From: Ascoidea asiatica JCM 7603
Lineage: Eukaryota; Fungi; Ascomycota
Direction of reading: 5' to 3'
Assembly: GCA_001600695.1 (NCBI GenBank)
Contig: BCKQ01000019.1
Coordinates: 231,665-272,881, forward strand
Length of the DNA stretch: 41,217 nucleotides
In this document: positions 10,749-21,462 of the stretch, one piece after another
Position numbering within the stretch: the stretch's first letter is position 1
Layout of the letters: each line of letters opens with the position of its first letter
Notes under the pieces: generated by a model
The model's input: only the letters and a program-made list of their open reading frames with translations
Told to the model about the DNA's origin: nothing
The model's database searches: none
Position numbers and translations under genes: made by a program

Positions 10749-12194
10749 ATGAGCTACTTTTGTTCAAGGGGAATACTTCTTGGAAGAAGTTTTATAAGTA
10801 ATTTAAATCCAATAAGAATAACATGTTTAAATTATAAAATGAATAATTTTAATAAAAAAATTTCAATAAATTTATTAATTAATAAAAGATTTAAAAGTAA
10901 TTTATCAAATAATAAAAGTAAAGAAGAAAAAGAAATAAGTAAAGAAATTAAGAATGAATTATTTTTACAAAATGAAATAATTTTAAATGAAATTAAAGAA
11001 CATATACCTGGAGAAAATAAAAAAAATGATTTAAATTCAATTTTTGAAAGATTACCAAAATTTCCAATAAATTTTAAAAATGAAAATATTTCAAAATTAT
11101 TACCAAAACCAGGAGTACCAATTTCAAGTTCAAAAATGTCATTAAATAAAATGTATTTAAAATTAATTAAAAGTAAAAAAATTGAATTAATTTATGAAAG
11201 TGAAAATCATAAATTATATTTTATTATTTTAGGTAGTTTAATAATTATATTTTCAATATATTCATTAACATTTTTAGATTGGGGTATAAATTTATCATAT
11301 AAAATTTTTAAAAATAATGAAAATAAATTAAATAATTTTGAAAATTTTTTTCAATTTTTTTTAAGAATTTTTTTAACTTTTAGTTTATTTCTTATACCAA
11401 GTTCAATAGTTTTTTTAAGTTTAATATTACCAAATAAATTAATTAGAAAAATTTATTATATACCAAAAGAAAGTAATAAATTTAAAAAAGAATTTATAAA
11501 ATTTAGTGTACATCCAATTTTACCAGGAAGACCAACACCAATAATTACATTACCATTAAAAGATTTAGAAAGAAGATTTAAATCAAGAATTTTTACAGGA
11601 AATGGATTTTATGGTACTATAGATAAAAGTTATTTCTTTTTTTGTCTTAATGATAAAAGTAATTTAAATAAATTTTTTAAAATACCATATATAATTGATA
11701 GAAATGGATTTTTTTGGGGAGATGGTAGAATTTTTGATATATTATTTGGTAAAGAAAGTGTTAAAGAAGCAGAAAATGCAATTTCTTGGGAAGATAGATA
11801 TTTAGCAATAAATAAAAAAATTCAATTAGATAAAAAAAAATTAAAATTTAAAAATGGTATATTTTGGTCAATAAAAGAAAAATTTAAATTATTTAAAAAT
11901 GATATTAATTATATTAATAATAAAATTAAAAAAAATAAATTTTTAGGAAGTTCAATTAAATCTAAGAATAATGAATTATCTTCAGGTGATAAATGTATGA
12001 TTATTAAAGAATTAAAAAAAATTGAAATGGATAAAAGTTCAAGTACTTATGATATGATTAAGAACTTGAATAGTAATAGTAATAGTAATAGTAATAGTAA
12101 TAGTAATAGTAATAGTAAACTGAAGAGTAATAAGGTGAAGAAGAATAAGTCTAAGAAAAGCAAACCAACAAACCAACAAACCAACAAACATTAA
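10749..12194 (+). CDS. MRX15: Mitochondrial inner-membrane ribosome receptor (Mrx15/TMEM223-like)
   Basis: Basic presequence-like N-terminus, two hydrophobic segments, then LPGRP...RIFTGNGFYGTIDKSYFFF...YIIDRNG..DGRIFDILF. This matches my recollection of S. cerevisiae Mrx15 (KIFTGVG..G.EDKATFVFF..YIFSRSG..DARILDCFF). Confidence 0.75.
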   Translation: MSYFCSRGILLGRSFISNLNPIRITCLNYKMNNFNKKISINLLINKRFKSNLSNNKSKEEKEISKEIKNELFLQNEIILNEIKEHIPGENKKNDLNSIFERLPKFPINFKNENISKLLPKPGVPISSSKMSLNKMYLKLIKSKKIELIYESENHKLYFIILGSLIIIFSIYSLTFLDWGINLSYKIFKNNENKLNNFENFFQFFLRIFLTFSLFLIPSSIVFLSLILPNKLIRKIYYIPKESNKFKKEFIKFSVHPILPGRPTPIITLPLKDLERRFKSRIFTGNGFYGTIDKSYFFFCLNDKSNLNKFFKIPYIIDRNGFFWGDGRIFDILFGKESVKEAENAISWEDRYLAINKKIQLDKKKLKFKNGIFWSIKEKFKLFKNDINYINNKIKKNKFLGSSIKSKNNELSSGDKCMIIKELKKIEMDKSSSTYDMIKNLNSNSNSNSNSNSNSNSKLKSNKVKKNKSKKSKPTNQQTNKH

Positions 12195-12347
12195 GTAAAT
12201 AGAAACATTGTAAGATTCTGTAAATAATGCAATAAATACAATAAATAGATATAATAGATATAATAGATATAATAAAGAAGTATAACACAGAGATTGTGTG
12301 TGTCCTGTAATCAGAATGGATATGTCCCGGAGTGTCCTGTAAACACA

Positions 12348-12350
<3 letters not shown>

Positions 12351-12398
<48 letters not shown>
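12351..12398 (+). repeat. (TGTCCC)8 hexanucleotide tandem repeat
   Basis: Eight perfect copies read directly; single TGTCC copies flank it at 12301, 12323, 12333 and 12415. Confidence 0.95.
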
Positions 12399-12612
12399 GG
12401 TATTCCTTTACTTCTGTCCCTCTTCTCTTTTCTTTTCTCTCCGCGTTTTCATTCCCCCGGCGCTCTCTTCACACTCTCACACTCTCACACTCTCACACTC
12501 TCACACTGCTCTCACTCTTACCACTCTTACTACTCTTACTACTTCACTCTCTCCCTCTTACTACTTCACTTTTATCAGTACTCTCCTTAAATCTGAAATA
12601 ACTTATTTCAAA

Positions 12613-15333
12613 ATGACAACTCCATTTTATCCACATTCTCATGAACCTTTAAATTTAAAAAATTTTAAAAATCCTCCAAAAGAATATAGAGGTGCACCAT
12701 TATGGTGTTGGAATAATAAATTAAATGAAATTCAATTATTAAAAGAAATTAAAGATTTAAAAGAAATGGGTTTTGGTGGGTTTCTTTAAATCAAATTAAT
12801 GGTACTATTTCAAATTATAATTCAATTCCAATAAATATTTCTTCTTTTAATGCATTCTTAAATTCAACTCATGAAAAATATTTTAATCTTTTAGGTAATC
12901 AATTTGGTAAATCTATTAAAACTAATTTCACTGATGAACCACAATTTTCTCATAAATTAGCTTTTGAAAAATCTCATACAATTGAACAAGGTTTTTTTAC
13001 CATGGACAACAGATTTAAATAAAACTTTTTTTAAAACTTATAATTATAATATTATTGATAAAATTCCTGAATTATTTTGGAATTTATTAAATAATTTTTT
13101 ACCTTCAAAAGCTCGTTATCATTATCATGATCATTTTTGTACAAGATTTAATAATGCTTTTATTAAAACAATTTCTGAATGGTGTTCAAAACATAATATT
13201 AAATTAGCTGGTCATATGATGAATGAAGAATATCTTCTTATGCAAACTCAAGCTTTAAATGAAGCTATGAGATCTTATAAATATTTTGAAATTCCAGGAA
13301 TTGATATGTTACAAGATAAACATGAATATCATACTGCAAAACAAGCTCAATCTGTTTCTCATCAATATGGTAGAGAAGGTGTTTTATCTGAAGATTATGG
13401 TGTTACAAATTGGGGTTTCCCATTTGAAGGTTATAAAAGTCAAGGTTATTGGCAAGCTGCTTTTGGTATCACATTCAGAGTATCACATTTATCTTGGGTC
13501 TCAATGAAAGGTGAATCAAAAAGAGATTTTCCTGCTCAAATTGGTTATCAATCTCCTTGGTTTAAAGATTTTAAATATATTGAAAATCATTTTTCAAGAT
13601 TAAATGTATTTTTAACAAGAGGTTCTCCAATTGTAAGAATTGGTGTAATTCATCCAATTGAAAGTTATTGGTTATGTTGTGGTTCATGGGAAAATTCAAA
13701 ACATGAAAGAGAAGAAAGACAAAGAAATTTTGATAATTTATTAATTTGGTTATCTTTTGGTTTTTTTGATTTTGATTATATCTCAGAATCTTTATTCCCA
13801 GAAGAAACTAAAATTGAAGATATTACTAATGGTGATTCAATTCCAGTTGGAAAAATGAATTATGATGTTTTAATTGTACCTTCATGTAAAACTTTAAGAC
13901 CAACAACTATTGAAAGATTACAAAAATTCTCAAATAAGGGTGGTAAAGTTATTGTGATTGGTGAAGATGCAACAATCTCAGATGGTGTTGTTTTACCGGA
14001 ATTTTTTTAAAAATTGAAGGTGCTGATAAAATTATGTTTTCAAAAATGCAATTATATGAAAAATTAAAACCATATAAAGAAATTGATGTTCAATATGTTG
14101 ATCCTCAAGATAGAGATTGTTTATTATATGCTCAAATTGAAGATACCATTTTATATAATATGAGAGAAGAAGGTAATGAAAGATACTTATTCGTTTGTAA
14201 TACTTCTTATAAACAAAGAAGAGAAAATTGTATCTTCACATTAAAAGGTTGTTGGGATATACAATATTATGATACCATGGCTAGTACTCACTCTAAATTT
14301 GATAAAGTTGATGTTGATCAAACCAAGAAAACTACAAAATTTTATTGGACTTTCCCACAAATTGGTCATTTCTTATTTAGAATGAAACCTACAACAAAAG
14401 AATCTTTCAATGCTTCAATGGTTAAAATTCCAAAAATTTTAAAAAATATTTCATTACCAGAACCTGATTTTTTGTAAATTATCTGAACCAAATGTTTTAT
14501 TATTAGATAAAGCTGAATATAAAATTGATGATAGTAAATGGTATGAAAAAGAAGAAATTTTAAGAATTGAAAATAAAGTAAGAATTTTATTAAATTTACC
14601 TGAAAAATCTTTTATAAAATGTCAACCATGGGCTATTGATGATAAAATTAAAAATAATTTTAAAAATCGTATATATTTAAAATTTAAATTTAAATCTGAT
14701 ATTAAAATTTTAAATTCAGAATTATCAACTGAAATTTTAAATAATTTAATTATTATTTTAGATAATAAAAAAATTAAAATTGAAAAAACTGGTTATTATG
14801 TTGATACTGAAATTTATAAAATTAAATTACCTGAAATTTCCATTGGTAATTATGAATTAATTTATTCAATTCCATTTAATGAATATACTGATCTTGAATG
14901 GTTACATATCTTAGGTAAATGGTGATTATACTAAACAAGGTTTACCATTTTATGGTGGTGATATTATATATAATATTTCAATTGAAAAAATTAAAAATTT
15001 ATTAAAAAAATTTATTAAAGGTAAAACAATTTTAAGAATTCCATTTTTTAAATCTCCAATTGCAAAAGTTTTTATTGATGATAAAGAAATTGGTTATTTA
15101 GGTTTAAAACCAAATGAAATTGAAATTGATTTAACTAAAGGTAAAATTTTAAAAATACTTTTAAGAGGTGATAGATTTAATACTTTTGGTCATGTCATCT
15201 TCATTTTTTTGAACCTAAATTTCCATGGTGTGCTCCATCTGCTTGGAGAACTGAAGGTGATGCTTTTACTTATTTTTATACTATTGAAGAAAGAGGTATC
15301 ACTTGTATTCCTCAAATTTGTATTTCTGAATGA
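12613..15333 (+). pseudogene. Degenerate large glycoside hydrolase gene (GH106 / 'GH2 sugar-binding'-like)
   Basis: Pieces across frames: FKNPPKEYRGAPLWCWN..KEMGFGGF; FTDEPQF; LPWT; GHMMNEE; PGIDML..TAKQAQSVSHQYGREGVLSEDYGVTNW; LSWVSMKGESKRDFPAQI; VIHPIESYW; LSEPNVLLLD; QGLPFYGG; AWRTEGD. Broken by apparent deletions (~12785, ~12840, ~14920) and frameshifts (~12990, ~14005, ~14470, ~15190). Confidence 0.85.
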
Positions 15334-15893
15334 TTAATTTTTTTATAATTTATTTATTTATTTAACAATCACCTTACTGATGATTTTAAAGTTTATTTAT
15401 TTACTTTTTTGACGTTATAAAATTAAAAAATATATGTTTCTATTAAAGATTTTTTTATCTCCATCCACTATTGTATTTTGTAATTGTTTATTTGTTTTAT
15501 TATATTTTGAACGAAAGTAAATTCTATTAAAATATCATTGAAATAATATTTAAAATGCATATTTTCATTAAAATATCTTTAAAATATCTTTAAAATATTC
15601 TTAAAACAGTAGTAAAAGTGTCTGTCCAGACTTACTCTTGCAAATGTCCGGTATTTGTTTACTATTTGTCCTTGATTCTGTTTTCTGTCCTAAATCCCAT
15701 CACTCAAAGATCAATAAGCATTAGTAATACAAAAATACAGAAATCGATGATCAAAGAACAATAGAAAATAAAGATTGTTTTCAAAAGCAAAAAAAAGGAA
15801 TTGACTTAAAATAAAAGACTGAAACTATATGAAAACCAAAAGAAACATATATATTTTAATATAAACTTAATTCATTATAGTATATCAATCAAA

Positions 15894-16919
15894 ATGTTTG
15901 AAATTGAAGTTCCTGAAGTTCAAAAAGTTATTTTAATTCGAGAAAATGGGGGTATAGAAGTTTTAAGATATGAAGAAGATTTTCCAGTACCTAAAATTAC
16001 ATCAGATTCAATTTTAATTAAAAATAAATATTCTGGTGTAAATTTTATTGAAACTTATTTTAGAAATGGTTTATATCCATGTGAAAAACCATATGTTTTA
16101 GGTAGAGAAGCAAGTGGAATAATTTGTAAAATTGGTTCAAATATTAAAGATTTTAAAATTGGTGATAAAGTTGCATATATTAATTCTGGAACATTTTCTC
16201 AATTTACTTTATTTAATCCAAAAGAAAATCCAAGAATTATTAAATTAGATAAAAATTCAACTGATGAACAAATGAAATTATATGGTAGTGGAATGATTCA
16301 AGGTTTAACAACTTTAACATTTATTAATGAAGCATATAATGTTAAAGAAGGAGATTTTATTTTAATTCATGCAGCAGCTGGTGGTTGTGGAACATTATTT
16401 ACACAAATGATTTCTTCAAATAAATATAAAAAAGCTCATGTAATTGCAACTGCTTCAACTAATGAAAAATTAAAATTAGCTAAGAAATTTGGTGCAGAAT
16501 ATTTAATTAATTCAAAAGAAGAAAATATTGTTAAAAGAGTTAATGAAATTACTAATAATAATGGAGTTCAAGCAGTTTTTGATGGTATTGGTAAAGATAC
16601 TTTTGAAATTTCTTTAAATTCAATTGCAAGAAAAGGTACATTTGTTTCATATGGTAATGCAAGTGGAGCTGTACCACCATTTTCAATTAATATATTAGGT
16701 AATAAAAATATTAAAATTTTAAGACCAAATTTATTTAAATATACTGTAACAAAAGAAGAATTTGATTATTATTCAAAATTATTATTTAAATTAATTAATG
16801 ATGGAATTATTAATTTACAAATTACAAAAACTTATGATTTAAAAGATTATAAATTAGCTGCATATGATTTAGAAAATAGAAAATCAACAGGTAAATTAAC
16901 TCTTAAAATTCCTGAATAA
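15894..16919 (+). CDS. ZTA1: NADPH:quinone oxidoreductase, zeta-crystallin family
   Basis: GVNFIETYFRNGLYPCEKPYVLGREASG, HAAAGG.G nucleotide-binding motif, VSYGNASG, STGKL..IP end. Confidence 0.93.
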   Translation: MFEIEVPEVQKVILIRENGGIEVLRYEEDFPVPKITSDSILIKNKYSGVNFIETYFRNGLYPCEKPYVLGREASGIICKIGSNIKDFKIGDKVAYINSGTFSQFTLFNPKENPRIIKLDKNSTDEQMKLYGSGMIQGLTTLTFINEAYNVKEGDFILIHAAAGGCGTLFTQMISSNKYKKAHVIATASTNEKLKLAKKFGAEYLINSKEENIVKRVNEITNNNGVQAVFDGIGKDTFEISLNSIARKGTFVSYGNASGAVPPFSINILGNKNIKILRPNLFKYTVTKEEFDYYSKLLFKLINDGIINLQITKTYDLKDYKLAAYDLENRKSTGKLTLKIPE

Positions 16920-16980
16920 GTATACAGTATTAATATATACATATATAAGTAAATATATAAGATAAATGAATAAGATATGA

Positions 16981-17658
16981 TTAAATAAAAGATTTAAAAA
17001 TTTGAATAACTTTTTCAATATCAGTTGAAGATTCAATTGATGGAATTATAATACCATCTATAGAAATAGTTGGAGTTACATGAATACCATTTTGTCTATG
17101 AAATCTTGTAAAATATTTTAAATCATTTGTAATTTGAGTATCAATATTTAAATTTTTAATATCATTTGGTAATTTAGATCTAATTTTAACTAAATCATAA
17201 ATATCATTTGAATTAACTTTTATATTATTATCATTTAATTCAGAAAACCAAGATTCAGCAAATTTTGATAATTTTAATAAAATTTCATTTTTATTTAATT
17301 CTATAATTCCAGTATCAAAAAATAAATTTTGATTTTCCATTAATTTTACTGCAAAATTCCATGATTGAATTGGATATAATTTTGTAAAAGCTAAGAAGAT
17401 TTCAGTTGTAGTTGCAGAACCCATAATATGCCATGGTTGTATAACTGGTCTTATAATAAAATTAAAATTTTCATTAATAATTGGTAAATTAATTAAATTT
17501 TTATTAAAATTTAAAAATAATTTAGCACTAAATGGACAAATAAAATCAAGATATAAGTCAACTGAATGTTTTTGAATTGAAGTTGAAGATAACTTAGAGT
17601 TTTTGATTGAAGATGCAAATGATGAAGTTAATGGTAATAATCTTGGTGGAAGAGACAT
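16981..17658 (-). CDS. Thioredoxin-fold (DsbA-like) protein with CPFS motif
   Basis: LYLDFICPFSAK, IQPWH, RQNGIHVTPTI..DG motifs of the conserved fungal DsbA-like family. Confidence 0.8.
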   Translation of the reverse strand: MSLPPRLLPLTSSFASSIKNSKLSSTSIQKHSVDLYLDFICPFSAKLFLNFNKNLINLPIINENFNFIIRPVIQPWHIMGSATTTEIFLAFTKLYPIQSWNFAVKLMENQNLFFDTGIIELNKNEILLKLSKFAESWFSELNDNNIKVNSNDIYDLVKIRSKLPNDIKNLNIDTQITNDLKYFTRFHRQNGIHVTPTISIDGIIIPSIESSTDIEKVIQIFKSFI

Positions 17659-18014
17659 TTTGTTATTGTGATTTGATTTGAATAAAAGTATATTGGATTC
17701 AATTGACTTGATTAATTATATTATTATATGTATATTATATGTATATTATATGTATATTAATTTATTCTATTAATTGATTATATTGATGGATGGCTGTCCT
17801 ATATTCAAATGAGTGTCCTAGAATTGATATATCACATGATATGTGCTTAGTCAGCTTTTTGTCACAGGACTCGGTGAAGAAAACCCGAAGCTGGCTGCCT
17901 CCACGTGCAGCAGCAATCTCCCGAGGGCGGATAAATAGGCCGGCTGCGGGGCAAAGATGCTCCAAATATGTTCCGGGGCGCTGCAGCTCGGTATGCGTAG
18001 GCTGTCGCTAGGCA

Positions 18015-18117
18015 CTCCGCACTAACTCCGCACCAACTCCACACCGACTCCAGAGAGACTCCAGAGCACTTGCCAGCCAATCAGATCCAGCTGCCCCAGA
18101 CTTTTTCCGTGCTCCAG
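18015..18117 (-). promoter_or_regulatory. Array of SYGGRG (Mig1/CreA-type) boxes
   Basis: CTCCGC/CTCCGC/CTCCAC/CTCCAG/CTCCAG at 18015, 18026, 18037, 18048, 18059. Also CCCCAG with an adjacent T-run at 18094 and CTCCAG at 18112. Confidence 0.5.
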
Positions 18118-18984
18118 CCACCAAGACTTTGCCAACGCTCCCTGAAAGACCTGTAAAGATAAACCTTTATCCGCTTACACACTCTGCTGGTGACACCCCC
18201 AAGAAACTCGCTGACATGGCTCCAGTTGGTTCCAGGACTGCATTTTCGTTGTCTGATATTATGATTAGTTTATTATGATTCTTCGTGTTTTATGAGTATG
18301 TTCTTATGAATAGCAAAAAAATAATACTATTAATACTATTAACTACATAATCATTCTATATGTTTAATGTTTAATATTCTATCGACTTGCTAAATTTAAT
18401 TCTTTTTTCACCAATTATCCCTTTTTATTGATTTTTTCATTGTCATTAAATTCATTAAAACTATTCTTTTTTTCTTTTTTCAATCTATTTAGCCTTTTGT
18501 CCTCAAGTTCATATTCTGAATAAGTCTTATTTTTATGGATTTTAAGAATAAAACTTAAATTTCGGAATTTTTTTAATTAATTGAATTTTACTCTATTATT
18601 CTTTTATTCTACCATTATTTTCAAATAATTAAAAGTTATTACTGACGGAACTAGTATTATAATTTGTACTAGTTTCAAATTCTATTAATATTGATTTCAC
18701 TATTATCTAAAGTGATGACGACAAATCTATTTCCACATTATAAATATGAGCTATTTCCATCTTTTCAATTATCCGTTTTTCTTTTTCCATCTTATAATAT
18801 TATAATATATAATAATAACATAATTATAAATTAAATTAAATTAAATTAAATTAAATCAAATCAAATATATCTTATATTATATTAAATCTTGTATAAAATA
18901 ATATAAAAAAAAAAAATTTAAAAATTCTATACAATATTTATATATTAATTAAATTAAAATAAAACAAAATAAAATAAAATAAAA

Positions 18985-20402
18985 ATGTCAGAACCTAAAA
19001 AAGATTCTGAATCTGCAAAAAGTGTAATGGAATTAGAAGCAAAATTATCTAATGGTGACTTTGTTTAAGCTGCTCCTCCTGTTGAAGGAAAATCTTTATG
19101 GGATGAATTAAAAACTGCAAAATATGCTTTACCAAAATTATTAATTATATTCTTAGCTGCAATTGGTATTGGTATGGATTCTGTAATTTTCAGTTTTCTT
19201 TTAGGTATTGCAGGTTTTAGTTGCTGGTAAAGTTTTAATGGGTTGTGGTATTGGTGTTTTAGTTGCCATTGTTCCACCATATCTTTCTGAAATTGTTCCA
19301 CCAAAATTAAGAGGTATGGGTGCTATTGGTATAAATTTCTCAATTGCTTTTGGTCAATTCTTAGGTGCAATTGTTATTATGGGTACTTCAAAAGCTTATA
19401 CTGATATTGATGATTCAAGATCTTATAGAGTTGCAATTGGTACTCAATATATTTGTGTTTCATTATATGTCTTTTTAATGTACTTTTTACCTGAATCACC
19501 AAATTTTTTTGTTAATAAAGGTCTTAAAGATAAAGCTTTAAGTTCCTTAAATCATTTATTTAAACCAGAAAAAACTGGTTATAATGTTGAAGAACATTTA
19601 CAAGTTTTAGTTAAAGAAAAAGAAATTGAAGATGCTTTAAAAAGTAATGAAAGTGATTCACTTTTATCATATTTTGAAGTTTTAAAACCAAAATATTTCA
19701 AAAGAACTTTTATTTCAATTTTAGCTTTAACTGGTCAATTATGGGCAGGTTCTGCTTTTGTTTTAGCTTATGTTAATTATTTTTTTGAAATGGCTGGTAT
19801 AACTTCATCAAATGAAAAAAACTGTAGGTGTATTTACAATTGCTGTTGGTGGTAATATTGTTTCATATTTTGCAATTAATAAAGTTGGTAGAAGAGTTTT
19901 ATATTTAACATGTCTTGGTTTATGTACTTTATTTAATTTAATAATTGCTTGTATGACTTTTGCTGATTGTAATGCTGCTGGTTATGCTTGTGTTGTATTT
20001 GTTTGTTTCTGGTCTTTCTTTTATCAAATTGGTGTTGGTGCTCCAGCTTACGCAATAATGGTTGAAGTTCCAGAATCAAGATTAAGAGCAAAATCAGTTG
20101 CTGTTACTTCTAATGTAAATTCATTGATCAGTTTTGGTTTACGTTATTTAATTCCTTATTTATATAATCCAGATGAAGCTAATTTAGGATTTAAAATTGA
20201 ATTTGTTTGGTTTGGTACTGGTGTTGCAGCTTTCATTCTTGGTTTATTCTTAATTCCAGATACTCAAGGTAAAACCGGTAGTGAAATTGATCAAGTATTT
20301 ACAAATGGTGTCCAATCTTGGAGATTTAAAGATGCTAAATTTGATCAAGATGGTTACTTGATTTTAGAAAGTTGTAAAAATAAAAAATCCTCAAATGTTT
20401 AA
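18985..20402 (+). pseudogene. Sugar porter (MFS, maltose/alpha-glucoside permease-like) pseudogene
   Basis: ATG at 18985 and an in-frame TAA at 19066-19068. An apparent deletion/frameshift at ~19215 joins TM1 to the TM4 region, and there is a +1 shift in the A7 run at ~19815. Motifs YLSEIVPPKLRG, PESP, GRR.LYL, EVPESRLRAKS, PYLYNPDEANLG, PDTQGKT. Confidence 0.88.
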
Positions 20403-21106
20403 ATAATTTTTCTTTAATTTTTTTTCTTTCTCGCCTTTTTTTTTCCTATTTTCTTCATATTATTTTTTGTTTTTCATCTTCATGCAATGAATCTTTTTTT
20501 TCTTTACCACTTTAATTTTTATTATTTATTTAATTCATTCTCACAAAAAAGCTTACGACATTTATTTTTCTAATAGTTAATAGAATCTTTTACTTATCTT
20601 CTTTTTTATCTGTAAATTCAAATTATTTTTTAGATACTATAAAAAATAAGCTTAAAACATTTTTATTCGAGTTTTTGTCTCCTTTATTTTAACACTTGTA
20701 AATTTTTTTCCTTTAAAAGTATATGATTTTATGAAATCTATTTTCGGTTAATCTTTAAAATAGAAATTGTTCATGTATTTATTAGCATAATTACTAAATT
20801 AGTAAAATTGAAGGTATTCAATTTTCGGATAAATTATTCCCAGAGCCAAGAAGTTGGGTGCTTTATTTATAAGCAGTCTGCTGCTGAAATGCTTTGACCG
20901 TTGAGGAGTTTTTCCTAGTGGGGTTAGACCCACAAAAACTCTCTTCTTGTGGCTGATGAAAAAGTTGTCCCTCAGATCTGGCTTCAATAAATTTACAAGC
21001 AGCCAGCTGTAGTATTACGTATTCTTTTAAGTCTTTCCACAGATTTCTGCTGTTGTTATTTTAAAAAAAAAATATTCTTAATCAGTAGGTATGTCAATAT
21101 TGATGT

Positions 21107-21122
21107 TTTTCCTAATGAGGAC
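21107..21122 (+). promoter_or_regulatory. Mcm1-like CArG box upstream of the first cyclin
   Basis: TTTTCCTAATGAGGAC (CC-N6-GG with T-rich flank); a weaker one lies at 20911-20923. Confidence 0.45.
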
Positions 21123-21453
21123 TACATACTTATTTATCTCTAAAGTACTTTATTTCATTAACAGTAAGCATGGTAGTTGATCCCAGCACAAAGTAATGGG
21201 TATGCCATTTACAAGCCCAGATAGTTAAGTTATGGCCATAATCCTGGTTCTGCTTCTTGTGCTGTTTCTGCTGGTTGTGGTGCTGGTTTTTCTGTTGTTT
21301 TTTGTTGTTGTTTTCTTCTGCGGTTTTGTTTGAAATCCACAGATCAGATTAAGCTTGAGCGAGCAGCCGCAGACACGCTCAACCCCATTTTTCAAGGGCT
21401 CAACAGTCACTTAAATTTACATAATTTCTGGAAATGTTCCGTTTGCACAGTGT

Positions 21454-21462
21454 TTTTGTGTC
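21454..21462 (-). promoter_or_regulatory. MSE-like (Ndt80/Sum1) site upstream of the first cyclin
   Basis: Reverse strand GACACAAAA fits gNCRCAAAW; a second CACAAAA core lies at ~21478-21484. Confidence 0.35.

Noticed and set aside
7854-10767. Poly-Ser/poly-Met short ORFs (7854-8123, 7955-8143, 9106-9408, 10549-10767)
   Set aside because: Shadow frames of acidic GAT/GAA tracts or a GAA microsatellite.
12294-12601. ORFs with CPCPCP / SLSLSL repeats (metallothionein-like appearance)
   Set aside because: These are translations of the (TGTCCC)8 and CTCACACT repeats in a promoter region, with no other coding signal.
1154-19068. In-frame TAA codons in Hsp70 (1154) and the sugar porter (19066) as stop-codon reassignment or readthrough
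   Set aside because: Both genes also have frameshifts or deletions, and TAA is the normal stop of most intact genes here.
21089-21163. Possible intron (GTATGT...ATTAAC.AG) upstream of cyclin 1
   Set aside because: Weak branch point, no flanking coding exons, and it overlaps the Mcm1-like site. Cannot be supported without RNA data.
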